The position numbers and the translations under genes are program-made. From Lingula anatina (taxonomy: Eukaryota; Animalia; Brachiopoda): 64,000 bases of DNA. Below the pieces are notes generated by a model, which had not been told where the DNA came from, did not search any database, and saw only the letters and a program-made list of their open reading frames with translations. Below, piece by piece: positions 28,290 through 41,024 of this stretch (position 1 is its first letter; every line of letters starts with the position of its first letter). The stretch is from the NCBI GenBank assembly GCA_051362555.1, contig CM120645.1, forward strand, positions 10,416,001-10,480,000, in the 5' to 3' direction.

Positions 28290-31200
28290 TTAACCAAAAA
28301 ATCCCGCAAATATATTTCCAGGTAAGATGCGTCGGAGGAAACGGTTAGAAAATCGCCATCCCAAAATGTCCATTTCAGCTCGTACTCGTAAGAATTCGCG
28401 TGTACACTGACGATTAGCGAGGTTATTTAGTTTGGATTTAAGCGAAGGAATTGATTCCGCCATCTTAGCCCAATGAGGCATCCCTTCCAGGCCTATCTGG
28501 TCAAGCTGAGTGAAGACCTGTGGAGAAAAAAAGTTCACCTTTAAAAAAGCATAAACAACGACCCCTAATTAAATGATATTTCTACTGATGTTTAAATCTT
28601 CTTTTCAAGTGTTTTAGCCCCCACTCAAAGTGGAGAAGAGTCATAAGGGCAATCAAAGAAAAGGTCCAGTTATAAATCGCCCTCTTTAAAGTGACATTTT
28701 GATAAGGTCAGAATGTACATGTATTTCTATGTTACTTTTTAATTTCAAAGACAGTTTTTTAAAAACGAAACTAATGTCTGTATTTGAGTTTGAAATTAAC
28801 AGTTTCGCCATCCTCATAAAGCGATCGGAAAGGTTTTTAACGCTTATGGAACGGTAAAAAAAAGAAAGAAAAAGAGAAGAAAAACTTACCGTGTTAGCAA
28901 ACACTTTGTACCCTTCAAACGCCTCGGTCGGTTGTACCAGTCCCTGTATCTCCATGGTCAGGTAGTGAGAGTCGCTGGGAAATCCACACACATCTGCCTT
29001 ACCAGGACAGAGAGTACAGTCCGTTCCCTTGATCCAGCGCATTTCTACAATCCCTAGTGGCAAGATGCCATTAGCGTAGGACGCGCCCTCTATTGAAGCG
29101 GCAACTACCTAAAACCAAAATATGTGAGTACCATTTAACTCCAGTGCTCTCTTTTTTATATATCTATATACATATTTCATCGAATGTCGTTCTTGTTACA
29201 GCATATACAAATTTGATAGCTAGATGGCGCGAAGCTGTGCTAACCATTTTACAAGAATTACAAAATATTATTGTATGCTGCTATCGCTCTCTCTCTCCCT
29301 CTCTGTCATTGCTCTTGTTGGTGTGTGTGGGGGAGTTAAAAATATAACACTGTAAAACTCCTATCTTCTTATTAAAAATGCTACAGCAAAAGACGTACAG
29401 GGTGAAGGCGACATCGAAGGTATTCCATGAACCCAGTATTGGGTACGCTGAAGAAACTGAAGAAGTCAATATTACAGCATACGCCATTTCCCCTGTATTA
29501 AACAGATTAAATCTTTTTTTTTTAATTCTGCCTTGGAGCTCCTCACCTGCAGCGCTGTCACCGTACTTAAGAACTGCGGCGTTTCTGGAATAGTATACTC
29601 CATTGCAGAGACAGGCGGTATGTTGGTCGCATTCAATGGGTGAATGGCGTACGGTTTTGGAAGGACGATAGGATCAGCAATAAAGCCTTCCGTTGCGAGG
29701 AAAGCAAATATATTCTGGAAAAAAATATTAGGAAAATGATATTTTGATTGAAATTCAGACATAATTTTATTGTGCTGTCTGTAGGAGGGTGTCTGTGCGT
29801 GCAAAAGAAAGTTGCGTATACTGATCTGTAACGCGTTTCCCATTTTAATCAATCAATTAGAGAAAAGTAACATGGGACGCAAATGACAATGTGCAATGCT
29901 TATAAATTGAAGTAAAAATTAAAACGAACAAAAATACCCTTTAATGATCTAGAAATAAATATAAGAATAACTGGCAAAGACGATGGAAGTAATACAAGAG
30001 ATTGTGTTCAAAGAAAGACAAAATTTTCTATAAAAAGATAAGCCGCAATAAATGTATGTATAGTTTCGTTTTCTTTCTCTTTTTGGCTTTGAATTTACAT
30101 TGGGTTTACTACTTACCTGCCCAAATGAAATCGAGGTCACATTCAAGTCATATGTCACATTGAAATCAAGGTCAAGGTCAGGAGCAGTTCCATTCGGATT
30201 GATAAAACTGAAAAAAAAAAATAATAAGAGAGTTGACTGTGAAAAAAAAACTCTCTGGTAATTAAATAAGTATAAATTTAATTACATTCAAACTTCTGAT
30301 CCATTGCGCATATTTTAATATCCTGGTTTACGGAAGAGGTACATGTAACGTATTGCTGAAAACTACAATAATTGTACCTTAAAGCTAGCCTGCTGCTGAA
30401 TATTCCGTTCACATAAATGTAAAAGCCCTGTAGTACATCGTGTAGATTTAAAATGCTTAGCGTATCAAATAAGGAAAGCCATACAAAGAAGCGAATATAA
30501 TGCATGAAAATAACGAGCAAAAAAAAAATTAATATTAACAAAAATCAGCCTCAAAATCTACGGGTACCTCAGCCACACAAGGTCCGCCGCACTGGTCCAC
30601 GAGGTCGGCACTTTCCCACTGGCGTTCGTCTGTTGGACCTCTTCCTCCGTCAAGGAATTGTACGTCGCCCAGCGTGCCTCCACGTAGTAATTACTTGTGA
30701 CAATTTGGTTAACAAAGGTAGCGTTAAGCATCTGAGCCAAGGGGACAAACGCCGTGAACATCGACACCATTTGAAGTGGTTCTACCTGTTAGTCAGCATA
30801 AGATGTAAAACGCTGTTAGAAATCTCAAGAAGAGTTGAAAATATGTCTAAGGATTATCAATTGCCACAATAAAGCAGCAAACGATGAGAGTATCAGATGC
30901 AAAGTTATAAGGACAATCCTTGTTGGGCTATATTCCTACTACATCAATTACTGGGGATCCGCGTTTCGCAACCAAAGAAAATTGCAATCACGGCGCATTT
31001 CGCAATCAAACAATTTTGAACAGAAAAACGTACCCTTTTCAACTTTAGTTCAACTCTTTACAAACCCTTCGTAACTAAACATTAATTTCACTGCAAAACA
31101 CGTCGTGTTTATACATTTTGTAAGGAGCAACTCAACACAACTTTGATACAAAAGCAGCATACAGTAAAACAAGACGTTTTGAAAGTAGATTTTCTCGAAA

Positions 31201-32600
31201 AGTCAGAAGAACAATTTCCACCAAGCCACCGCTAGATGTAGTGTTGTAGTTTCAGCATCCTTCGCTCAATCTACCACTAGAATATAACGAGAGAACCATC
31301 TTATAACTTACTACATTGTAAAAATTGGAGCAAGCCTCGCTCTGTATAGCAACTAGTCCTTACCTTCATTTCTACTTCGACAATGACACCCAGCAAACCC
31401 AGGTGGGAGCGCATGGCACGTAGGACGGCCGGGTTCGCGGAGGCCGTGAAGTACTTCTGTCTCCCGCGGGCGTCATACACCCTCACGGACTCTAGGTAGC
31501 CACCAATACTAGGCTCGGTATAGCTTCCTCCCTTTATTATACAGATGGATAATATTATGAGCACATGAGCGTTCTGTTTTTGTAGCGAGCACAATTTGAA
31601 AACAAATTGTAACCCTACACACAGGTCAGTAGTTTAACTTGACATTAGGAAAGGATAGAGATGATTATTTTCAATTTACATCTATTCAATAATTTTCAAG
31701 AAAAGGGTAGGGATTAAAACATTACTAACATGAGAGGCGGTTCCAATGGCCCCTGCAATAGTGACGCCTTTAGGTTGTGGTCCACTGGCCATTGCGTGAC
31801 CTAAATTCAGTAGAAACAAGTCCAGTTCGTCTTGCCTCACTCCACCAGCGACAGTCACTGTTGAATATGGTCTTTCGGCTGTCTGGTAAAACAAATGGGA
31901 ACATTACATGTATTACCACCATTGATGTAGGGCCTACTTTCTGTCTACCAGTACCATTAACTCTTTTTCAAAATTTAAAAGTGATAAACCATACTTTTAT
32001 GCTCACAACATTTTTTTTTTGTTTTTGTTTTATATGAATTACCCAACAAAATTAGGGATATTTCGATGATTTGGAAAGTAGGCGGCTTTTCATTAAATAA
32101 AAGATCAATAGAAATAAAATGGTGTGATCATCTAGGAGCTCTAAGTAAATGTAACTGACCGGAGGGTTGAAGATCGCCCGCTGTCCACCCTCCAGAGTGA
32201 GGAGAGCAAGGTCCAGAAGAATCTGTCCTTCATCCGGGAAGAGTTCCGACCATGAGAGAGCCGACGCACCAGCCACACGGATTTTGCGGTTGAAGCGTAT
32301 GGCCGCTCTGATAACCTTACGTACCTTTATTGTGAAAAATGGTAATTTTCTTTAGAATTTTTCTTTTTAGCATATTGAAAATTTCAAAAATTAATGAAAA
32401 GAAAACAATAATGATGATCACAGATAGAGAGAAAGAGAGAGAGAGTTTTACCTCTGCGTTTGTTGTAGGTTTTATGACAAGCACGTGATCCCGTCTAACA
32501 ATTGTCGCCCAGTTGATAAACGGTTCCAGTTGGACTTGAGGAGAGGACCCAAGGGCATTCTGCATGCATGTCTGTAATCTCTCTAAATTCGGCAGGCTGG
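28290..32600 (-). CDS. FAD-linked aldonolactone-oxidase-like paralog B; exons 32600-32452, 32324-32160, 31882-31730, 31531-31364, 30785-30568, 30207-30117, 29714-29547, 29108-28890, 28517-28290; first exon(s) uncertain
   Basis: Same intron positions and phases as paralog A; RVAGASALSWS, VEMRW and PHWAK present; no stops or frameshifts seen. Confidence 0.88.
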
Positions 32601-33365
32601 CTAGAATAAAGAAAGTATCTTTCGTGGACACATGTTTAGTTTTCACGCCAGCAGGAGGCTCTTAATAAAAAAATCAAACGTCAACATACAGCCCACCAAT
32701 ACCCGACGCCTCTTGCTTCTGCATCGTTGTATTGATATATCAGAAAAATACTTGATTTTTTGGCCCAAAGCTAAACAGAGTTAAAAGACAGACGGAGGCC
32801 CACTGCTAGTTATCCAAGATATAGGTAAGAAGTCACATTGCTGTCCACATTCTGTGACACCTACCCAGTTTAAGTCCTGGCCTGGAGGTGTTATTGTCAC
32901 GGCGTGAGGACTATACACTCGACCAGAAGGTTCGGCAACATAGTTATGCTTAATAATTATAAAATAACCATATGAGCTAAGGTAAATATTTTTACTAAAT
33001 ATTGATGGATAATGCACCCATCATTCGTTCCTTTTTTATACAAACTGAAGATTTCCCCACTATATTACATAGTTTATAATTTTGAAAAGCAATTTCATGT
33101 TCCCAAACTTTTTGGGGTCGAGTGTACACACAAGTATAGGTGATTCATATAAATTTACGCGCTGATAACTCTCTCTGCCTCCAAAATCGTGATGTCTGTA
33201 TTGGATTGCCTAAGGCAGCGTTTTCAACACCAATAGTGACGACAAGCGTGAACGAGAAATGATTCGTCTTTTGACAATGGGGAGGAAGTGTAAAGGGTAG
33301 CTATGTTTGTATTTGTAGTCGAAGTGCTTCAGCACCTTCAATCAGGACCGCAGATCAATTATATC

Positions 33366-33549
33366 AGGCCCGTAGCCAGAGGGTGTTCCGGGTTGGGGGG
33401 GGGGGGGGGGGCTCGAAAGAATTCCCCTTTTTGACGGGAAAAGGTCCCCTCTTGGTAAAATTTTATCTAGGTACATGAAATTTTTATGGTAAAAGGTCCA
33501 CTTTATCAGGAAAAGAACCCCCCTTTTGAAACTGCGGGCTACGGACATG
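33366..33549. mobile_element. Short MITE-like element
   Basis: Imperfect termini caggcccgtagcc ... ggctacggacatg around a G-run; no clear target-site duplication. Confidence 0.4.
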
Positions 33550-35319
33550 TATATGCATTTTTCTCCAGCGCGAAAGTCTCATCTTTGGTTTTTAGTTTTA
33601 TTTTACCGATGAAGATGACAGCAGAGATCAAGCATAGTTACAGCAAACCAAGCAATCAAGATCAGAGCAACTACACACAATGGACAATAGAAGTGTCACC
33701 CCCTGAATTGGAATAATCAAAGTAGGTAGATCTTGAGTAGTTATAATGCCTGGTCTACTTATAATGTGACTAATGAGTATACAACCGCATGGAATTGTAT
33801 TGTTGGTCTTTTTGTGAATTTTGATGTTTATAAAATGATACCAGGAGCATATCATTCCACAGTCATTTATCTCCCCCGAATTATTGGTTCAGTAGGGGTG
33901 ACACTTCTAACGTCCAGTGTGTCTACAGTAACTGTCTTGATTGCTGTCAGTTGGACTAGGCAGGGACTTGTCAGGTGGCAGGGCCTGAGTATAGTTATGC
34001 CAACAATTACCAACCCCGAATAATTACCTGTGAGACTTCAGAACAGGGTTGCAGTGGAGGTTTGTGTCGTAAATTAGGCAGAGACATATACCCGTTAAAT
34101 TAAGTGAAAATTCAATCTGTGACCCTGGTAAACGGTAGTGCTGCAGAGATGCATGTATGTCAGTATGTATGACGGTATATGTATATGCGGAGACTGTTCA
34201 CCAATATCGGTGAAAGCTATATATTTTAAAAGATGCTGTTGCTTCATTTGTATTTGTGAAATTTTGCAATAGGCATACTGAGTGCAACAGACGTGATTAA
34301 CTGGTGCATATTTATAAGTGCACTATACACATGTACATGTAGATATTGACGAAAACATGAAAAATGAGAAAATCTAACAACTGACATTTTAGACAAAATT
34401 AAATGCTGTAGAGTGAAGGCAATCGAACTTATAAATGAACTGATGAATGGATAAATAAATGGATTTACCTTAAAGTCCTAGACAAGGAGGAAAAGGGAAT
34501 TTAGAAAAGACACCACTTTCCTGAGCCCAATTTTCTAACGTTATGTAACTACCTATATGTGCATATGCATGGAAATTTGAAAAGTTTCAAGTGACAAATG
34601 GTCTGCATATGAGCTCTACCTAGAATTAAATCGGTTAATTTTGTCAAAGACAAATGTGGCCCACATTCCTGCATTGTATTCCCCAGTAAACACTGCTCAC
34701 CCTATACTCACCGGGAAAAAACCCAATCCACCAGCACGATATAGCAAACGTAGCTCCTCCAAAGAACATGGCATCAATCTTCAATATGTATCTTCAATGC
34801 TAATGGTACCTGTACTGCGGGAAACAGCTATTATATCCTAGGTCATGTGACATGAAGGTGTGAGAGACCCCGAGGGAATCGGACGTTGTCTCTATAAATC
34901 ATACCGTCAGTAGATGCGTTTGATGGTAAACTTAATCTTGGTATTTAAATTATAATATAATTTAAATCATTTTTATTTATTTATATATTTATTATTATTT
35001 TTTTAAGTCCTGTACGCCAAACGCATTTTGAATCCATATGTTAAGGCGTAGCATGTCATTTATCTATAACAGCAGAAGGAGCCAACCTTGAAAGAAGTTT
35101 TATTCTCTATTCTAAACTTTGATATACTGAGCGTGGACACGCACCGTATAACGTCATGCGCCCCACCAGTCATGCTACCAGGTACCCGTCACGATTTCGT
35201 GGAAAGGGGGTGTGACAGGTTTGCTGATTTATTTTGTTTATCGCACTGCTAAAAAGACAGCTTGTACGGCTGGAGGGGGAATGGTATGTTTTACTGTCTT
35301 ACGCACAATTCTTCCTTTG

Positions 35320-35548
35320 AATAGACTTGTGAAGATTCTTTTGTCTATAGCTATTTATATTAGTTTGATCTTACCATCCAATATTTCATCTGCTTGCAGT
35401 CAGATTTCATCAGGGAATGAGGTTGTGACAGGTATGACAACCTGTCACCCCTCTGGTGTGAAATCTGACTGCAAGCAGATGAAATATTGGATGGTAAGAT
35501 CAAACTAATATAAATAGCTATAGACAAAAGAATCTTCACAAGTCTATT
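35320..35548. repeat. Perfect ~90-bp inverted repeat (hairpin / MITE-like)
   Basis: 35320-35409 is the reverse complement of 35459-35548; the spacer has an inner stem gtgacaggt...acctgtcac. Confidence 0.9.
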
Positions 35549-36404
35549 ATAATAACATAGCTAATGAAACTGTTCCTTTGAATATTTTCAAAATAGCATG
35601 ACAGACCAATTTTACCATTTCTGTAATCATTGAAATAAATTCTGATCATCTTCGGATGGTTTTGTTTGATTTAAAATGTCCAAATGAGACCTTTTGGTGA
35701 CATCGGGTCTATAATACATTGTAGCTTTTAAAAACAGACACTGCTTAGCAAAGAAAAAAAATTAATTTAACCACAGTGTATATCCCAGCTAAGCAACTGT
35801 TGAAAATGGCAACTGCTCGGAGTAAGCGGTACAGCACCACCCAAGACCACGACAGGCCTCCTTTGTCACATTTTTGTTTACGTTGACTGCATTCGCCAAC
35901 CAGATCCATACTTTGCCAAAAATCTGTGATGTTATTTACCCCAACGATCGATAATTATATGCGAGATCAAAAGAATTGTTGTTGTTTTTTTTTTTTTTGA
36001 GCAATTGCAGGGTTTCAACGCGCCGAGTTTATCCAAAAGCTTCAGAGGAGCTCGGAGAACTCGCAGCTCTGTCTTTGACATGTATCTTGCGGGGCAGAGA
36101 CTGAAGAGAGGCGAGTCTCCAGCATCTTCTGAAACTTTAGGTAGGAATGGCAGAAACATCAAGCCATTTTGAACAAACCGAACACATTGTTTTCTTCTGT
36201 GATTTAATTCCATTCGTTTGCTTAATAAAAGCATCTTTCAATTAAGCAACGTACATCTTTACATAAGAAATAATAATCATTTTATTACACAACGCTGTCG
36301 ACGAAGTTTAGGTGTGGATTATCATCAAAGAAATCGCACGAACTTTCGGTTCCCTGATATATACATGCTCCATTGAACTTACAGTTGCCGAACAATTACC
36401 CAAA

Positions 36405-39400
36405 TCAATTGTAAATATACATATAAGAGGAGTCGATGAATATCGTTCTCAGGAAGTTGTTAGAAAACATATATCCTTGAGGGTCTATTTGGTCGCGGAC
36501 TTTGAGGAACTCCAATTGACACTGGCGGTTTTCAGGGTCATGTAATCGCTGTCGAAGACCCGGGAAAGTGGTCAGCATCTTAGCCCAGTTAGGAAGACCA
36601 GAAAGTCCCACCTGGTTAAGCTGAGAGAGCACCTGCGATTAAATAGTTTAAACGCGTCTTTATTATGCACTACATATACGAAATCAACTGCAATGTTTGG
36701 AGGCTTAATTATTTGTGCCTCTTTGCATTTGCTCTTTTGGTACCGAAATAACAAGTTTTATGTATGTAGCTACTCTCTACCACAGGGATTTTATAACTGT
36801 TTCAAATTTGTATATCAGATCTTATACAATTAAAACATAACCATTATGAAATAAATCAAAGGAATAAAGCCATCTATCCTGCACTGTTCATTCCTCTTTT
36901 AACTCTAAATCAAAGACAATATGAAGGTACGTAGGTACAATATAATAGGTGCGCTTTGAGTACTGACTGGGTTATCTGACATTTTTAACACATGGCGGAT
37001 GATAACGCAATACATACGGCGGTAGTAAATTGCTTATAGCCTTCAAACGCCTCAGTCGGTTGTACCAGACCCTGTATTTCCATGGTCAGGTAGTGAGAGT
37101 CGCTGGGAAATCCACACACATCTTCCTTACCAGGACAGAGAAAACAGTCTGTGCCTTTGATCCAGCGCATTTCTACGATCCCTAGAGGCAGGATGCCATT
37201 GGCGTAGGAAGCGCCCTCTATTGAAGCGGCAACTACCTAAAACCAAAAAGTTTGGAAATTTCCTTATGCATGAATCACAGGCATCGACTTAATGGTACAT
37301 ACATGTACATATTGAGTATTTCAGCGCAAAACGACTTGAGAAGTTCCTTGGTAGAGATTTTGTTTACAGCATTTAGGGTCTCCCAAATATACTGTGTTGG
37401 ATGTGCTGAAACACGACTACCACTCATTGTGTTAGATATGCCAATATGTTAGAAGCAAGTTGTTTTCCACGTTTGACAAAGTGTGTTTTGTATATTTGAG
37501 TATGGACGTGGTCTATATCTGACATATTACACATAGCATCACATTTAAAACATGACCATTGCGTACAATACACATGGGCAACATATAAGCATATAATATT
37601 CAAAAGTCGTCCAACTCTCAGGTTGTATTTATTTCCAATGTTTTAAAATATAAAAGTGTGCCAAATAAATGTTTCCAATAAAGTTACTTGTCTGGTTTAC
37701 GCCGTCGAGACCACTTTGAAAATTATAAAAAACTATAACAAATGACAATTATTCAACAAAAGCTGAGCACTATCTTCCAACCGTTAGCTTGGTATACATG
37801 TATATGGGCGTAGGCCTGTAGGAAGCCGATGTTCAGCTGGTGTTGAATAGTTGTTTTCTGTAATGCTATTACCAAGCTAATGGACATATTTGCTTATAAA
37901 TAAGTATCTACCCACTTGGTTCTCCCTGCCTGCCCCTTCCTAGATATGTAAACGTATTAAAACTTAGAAATCGTGTGAGATTCCGTCGTTTGGTTGAACT
38001 CAATTCACTCCAGCTTTCCCATACATACACGCACCGCCGCCTCCCACGGTTAGATGGAAACTTACCAACTGCTTTCACAATAATTGCATCAATTTCTAAA
38101 ACTAAAAGATAATTTATTAACTGTACGAACCTGAAAGGCTGATACCGTACTTGTGAAAGAAGGGTTTTCTCTGATGGTTGTTTCCGTGGCAGTCACGGTT
38201 GGAATGGCGCTAGCATTCAGGCCGTGAATGGCGAAAGGCTTTGGGACAACAACTGGATTAGCGATAAATCTTCTAGTCGCGAGGGCAGCAAATATGCGCT
38301 GGAAATAAAAATATGGTTTGAAAAAAGTAACTCGACAAATTGAAATGTGCATCTACTTCATTTGTAATTATGCACTTGCAAGCTTTTTTCAAAGGTACCT
38401 TTTAAGATTTGACGAATAGGGCACACTATACGACATATTTTCAGAATTAGGTTATTATATCATAATATCTTCAATTGAGCAATTTATCAACTTATAGAAT
38501 ATCTTCGGTCTTAAGACATACAGTTTATGCTAACATCACACTAATACATGGACCTACCGTTAGAATTATTTACTACAAATCGGATAAACTTTTATCGCCT
38601 TCCTAAAAGGGCGCTCTCTTACCTTCAGTGCTCGTTTTTTGTCCACTTTTAGGTAAAGGGTGGGGGTGAGAAACGTTTCAAAAAGAAGACGAATTGGCCA
38701 CTATATAGGCTATACTACAGTGTAGTACGGTTTTACCAGAGTACTTTTGATGTGAAGAAAACATCTACAATTGAAAGATCGTTGTCGGAACAGACATTTC
38801 TATCGCTTCATAACTTGCAGCTCACCTGCCCGAATGAAATAGGTGTCACATTCAGGTCAAAGTTTACGTCAAAGTCAAGGTCAAGGTCAGGCTCCGTTCC
38901 ATTCGGATTGATAAAACTATCAATAATAAAGAACACGTAAGAATGAACAAATATGTTCACTTTACTGTTAAATCTTATTTTTCACAAGTATAAGGAAAAA
39001 GTTAAACGGAATACACAATTACTAGTATTAAAGAAAAATGTTCATTCTTAACAGTAAAATCACTAACAGATAAACAAGGTAGTGCATTTTGATGGTTATC
39101 ATCCAAAGGTATAAAAGTGTTCCTTTAATGTTTACCTCAGCCACACGAGATCTCGTTTACTGTTCCACGTGGTGGGTACCCTTCCAGTGGCCATAGTCTC
39201 TTGGACTTCCTCTTCCGTTAAGGAATTGTAAGTCGCCCAGCGTGCCTCCACGTAGAAATTGCGCGTTACAATTTCCTTAACAAAAGTGGCATTGAGCATA
39301 AGACTGAGGGGGACGAATACCGTGAAGAGTGACACCATTTGGACTGGTTCCACCTAGCGGACATAAAGAGAATATTTTAAAGTTATTACATGACGAATTA

Positions 39401-39501
39401 ACTGTATACAATGGAGACAAAACATAACAAAACCTTCAACGGTCAGGGGAATCCGAATACAATGAGTATTATAATGATATGTAGGCTTACTCGCTACTAG
39501 T

Positions 39502-39544
<43 letters not shown>

Positions 39545-41024
39545 CCAACACCTGATTGATCTGTTGAAGTTTTAAAGATACATGCACGTTTTTACCATCA
39601 TTTCTACTTCGACAATGACCCCAAGGAGACCAAGATGACATCGCATGGCGCGCAGGACATTCCGATTCTCAGAAGCCGTAAATTGTCGAAGTCTCCCGTA
39701 AGAATCGAAGACTTGTACGGACTCGAGGTAGCCACCCAGACTTGGTTCGTCATAGCTTCCTCCCTACAAACATCACTGTGAATATAATGTCGTGTATTCG
39801 TGCAATACAAACATATATTGCTAAGGTTTGAAAAGTTTACATGCAACAAACCAAGCGAGAAGGAAGAGTGTTTAATTTTTTTACCGCAAACCTAAAATTT
39901 TTTAGGTAGAAACTTTCCGGTAGTATACAGAGCAAGCAGAAACCTTACTATTTTGTCATTTATATTCTATATTTAGGCGATGTGCATGCAGACACAGTAA
40001 GAGGATTTTGCTTACGTGAGAAGCTGTTCCAATTCCTCCTGCTATAGTGACCTCTATCGGCTGCGGCCCACTGGCGATTGCATGACCTACGCTAAGTAGA
40101 AACGAGTCCAGCTCGTCCTGTCGCACTCCAGCCGCAACGGTCACTGTGGGATATGGTCTCTGAACTGTCTGTAAAAAAGACCTATAAGTATGCAGTCGCC
40201 TTCAAACAATTGTCCTCTTTTTGGTTTCACACCGGCATCTTATTTCTAAATCGTAAAATACATATATTACAATTATTTAAGTACACAAGTCTATTTAGCG
40301 CTTTGACAAATATATGCCTTGTTTAAATAAAAGAAAAACAATATTGTAATCAAATGTTTTAATAATACATGTGCCATTGTTACAAGAACTGCATATTAGT
40401 AATGATTTTAATTGGGTAAAAATACTGTATGTAAACTACCAGTATTAAAGTAAATGGATATAAAATATGACGCACCGGAGGGTTGAAGATCGTCCGCTGT
40501 CCACCCTCCAGAGTGAGGAGAGTGAGGTTCAGTAGGATCTGTCCTTCATCTGGGAAGAGTGGCGACCAAGAAAGAGCCGACACGCCAGCCACACGGATTT
40601 TGCGGTTTAAACTTACGGCGGTATGTATCACTTTTTGCACCTGCAATGAATTTATTTATCGTCTTTTGACACTTCAGTAAATTTATGAATAATCAATTAG
40701 GAAAGTAGGCCTAAGTATAGGGAGATTTATGGAAAGAGTATACGTATGTTACGGTTCTGTCCTGTGCCTCAATCCAAATTCGGTCCCTTGGTTCTAAATT
40801 GTTTCCAAGAGACTCTGTTCTGGTCCTACACATGTGAATGCCCATGTAGAGAGGAGGCTAGCAAGACTCACTTACTTCGGCATTACTTGTAGGTTTTATG
40901 ACAAACACGTGGTCCCGTCTAACAATTGTCGCCCAGTTGACAAACGGTTCCAGTTGGACTTTGGGAGAGGACCCAAGGGCATCCTGCATGCATGTCTGTA
41001 ACCTCTCTAAGTTTGTCAGGGTGG
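36405..41024 (-). CDS. FAD-linked aldonolactone-oxidase-like paralog C; exons 41024-40876, 40640-40476, 40168-40016, 39763-39596, 39353-39136, 38916-38826, 38298-38131, 37236-37018, 36632-36405; first exon(s) not found
   Basis: Same exon architecture as A and B, frames intact; RVAGVSALSWS and VEMRW present, but PNWAK replaces PHWAK. Confidence 0.86.

Noticed and set aside
35790-36234. GC-richer stretch and 100-aa ORF between oxidases B and C
   Set aside because: No recognisable domain or consistent splice signals; probably a repeat remnant.
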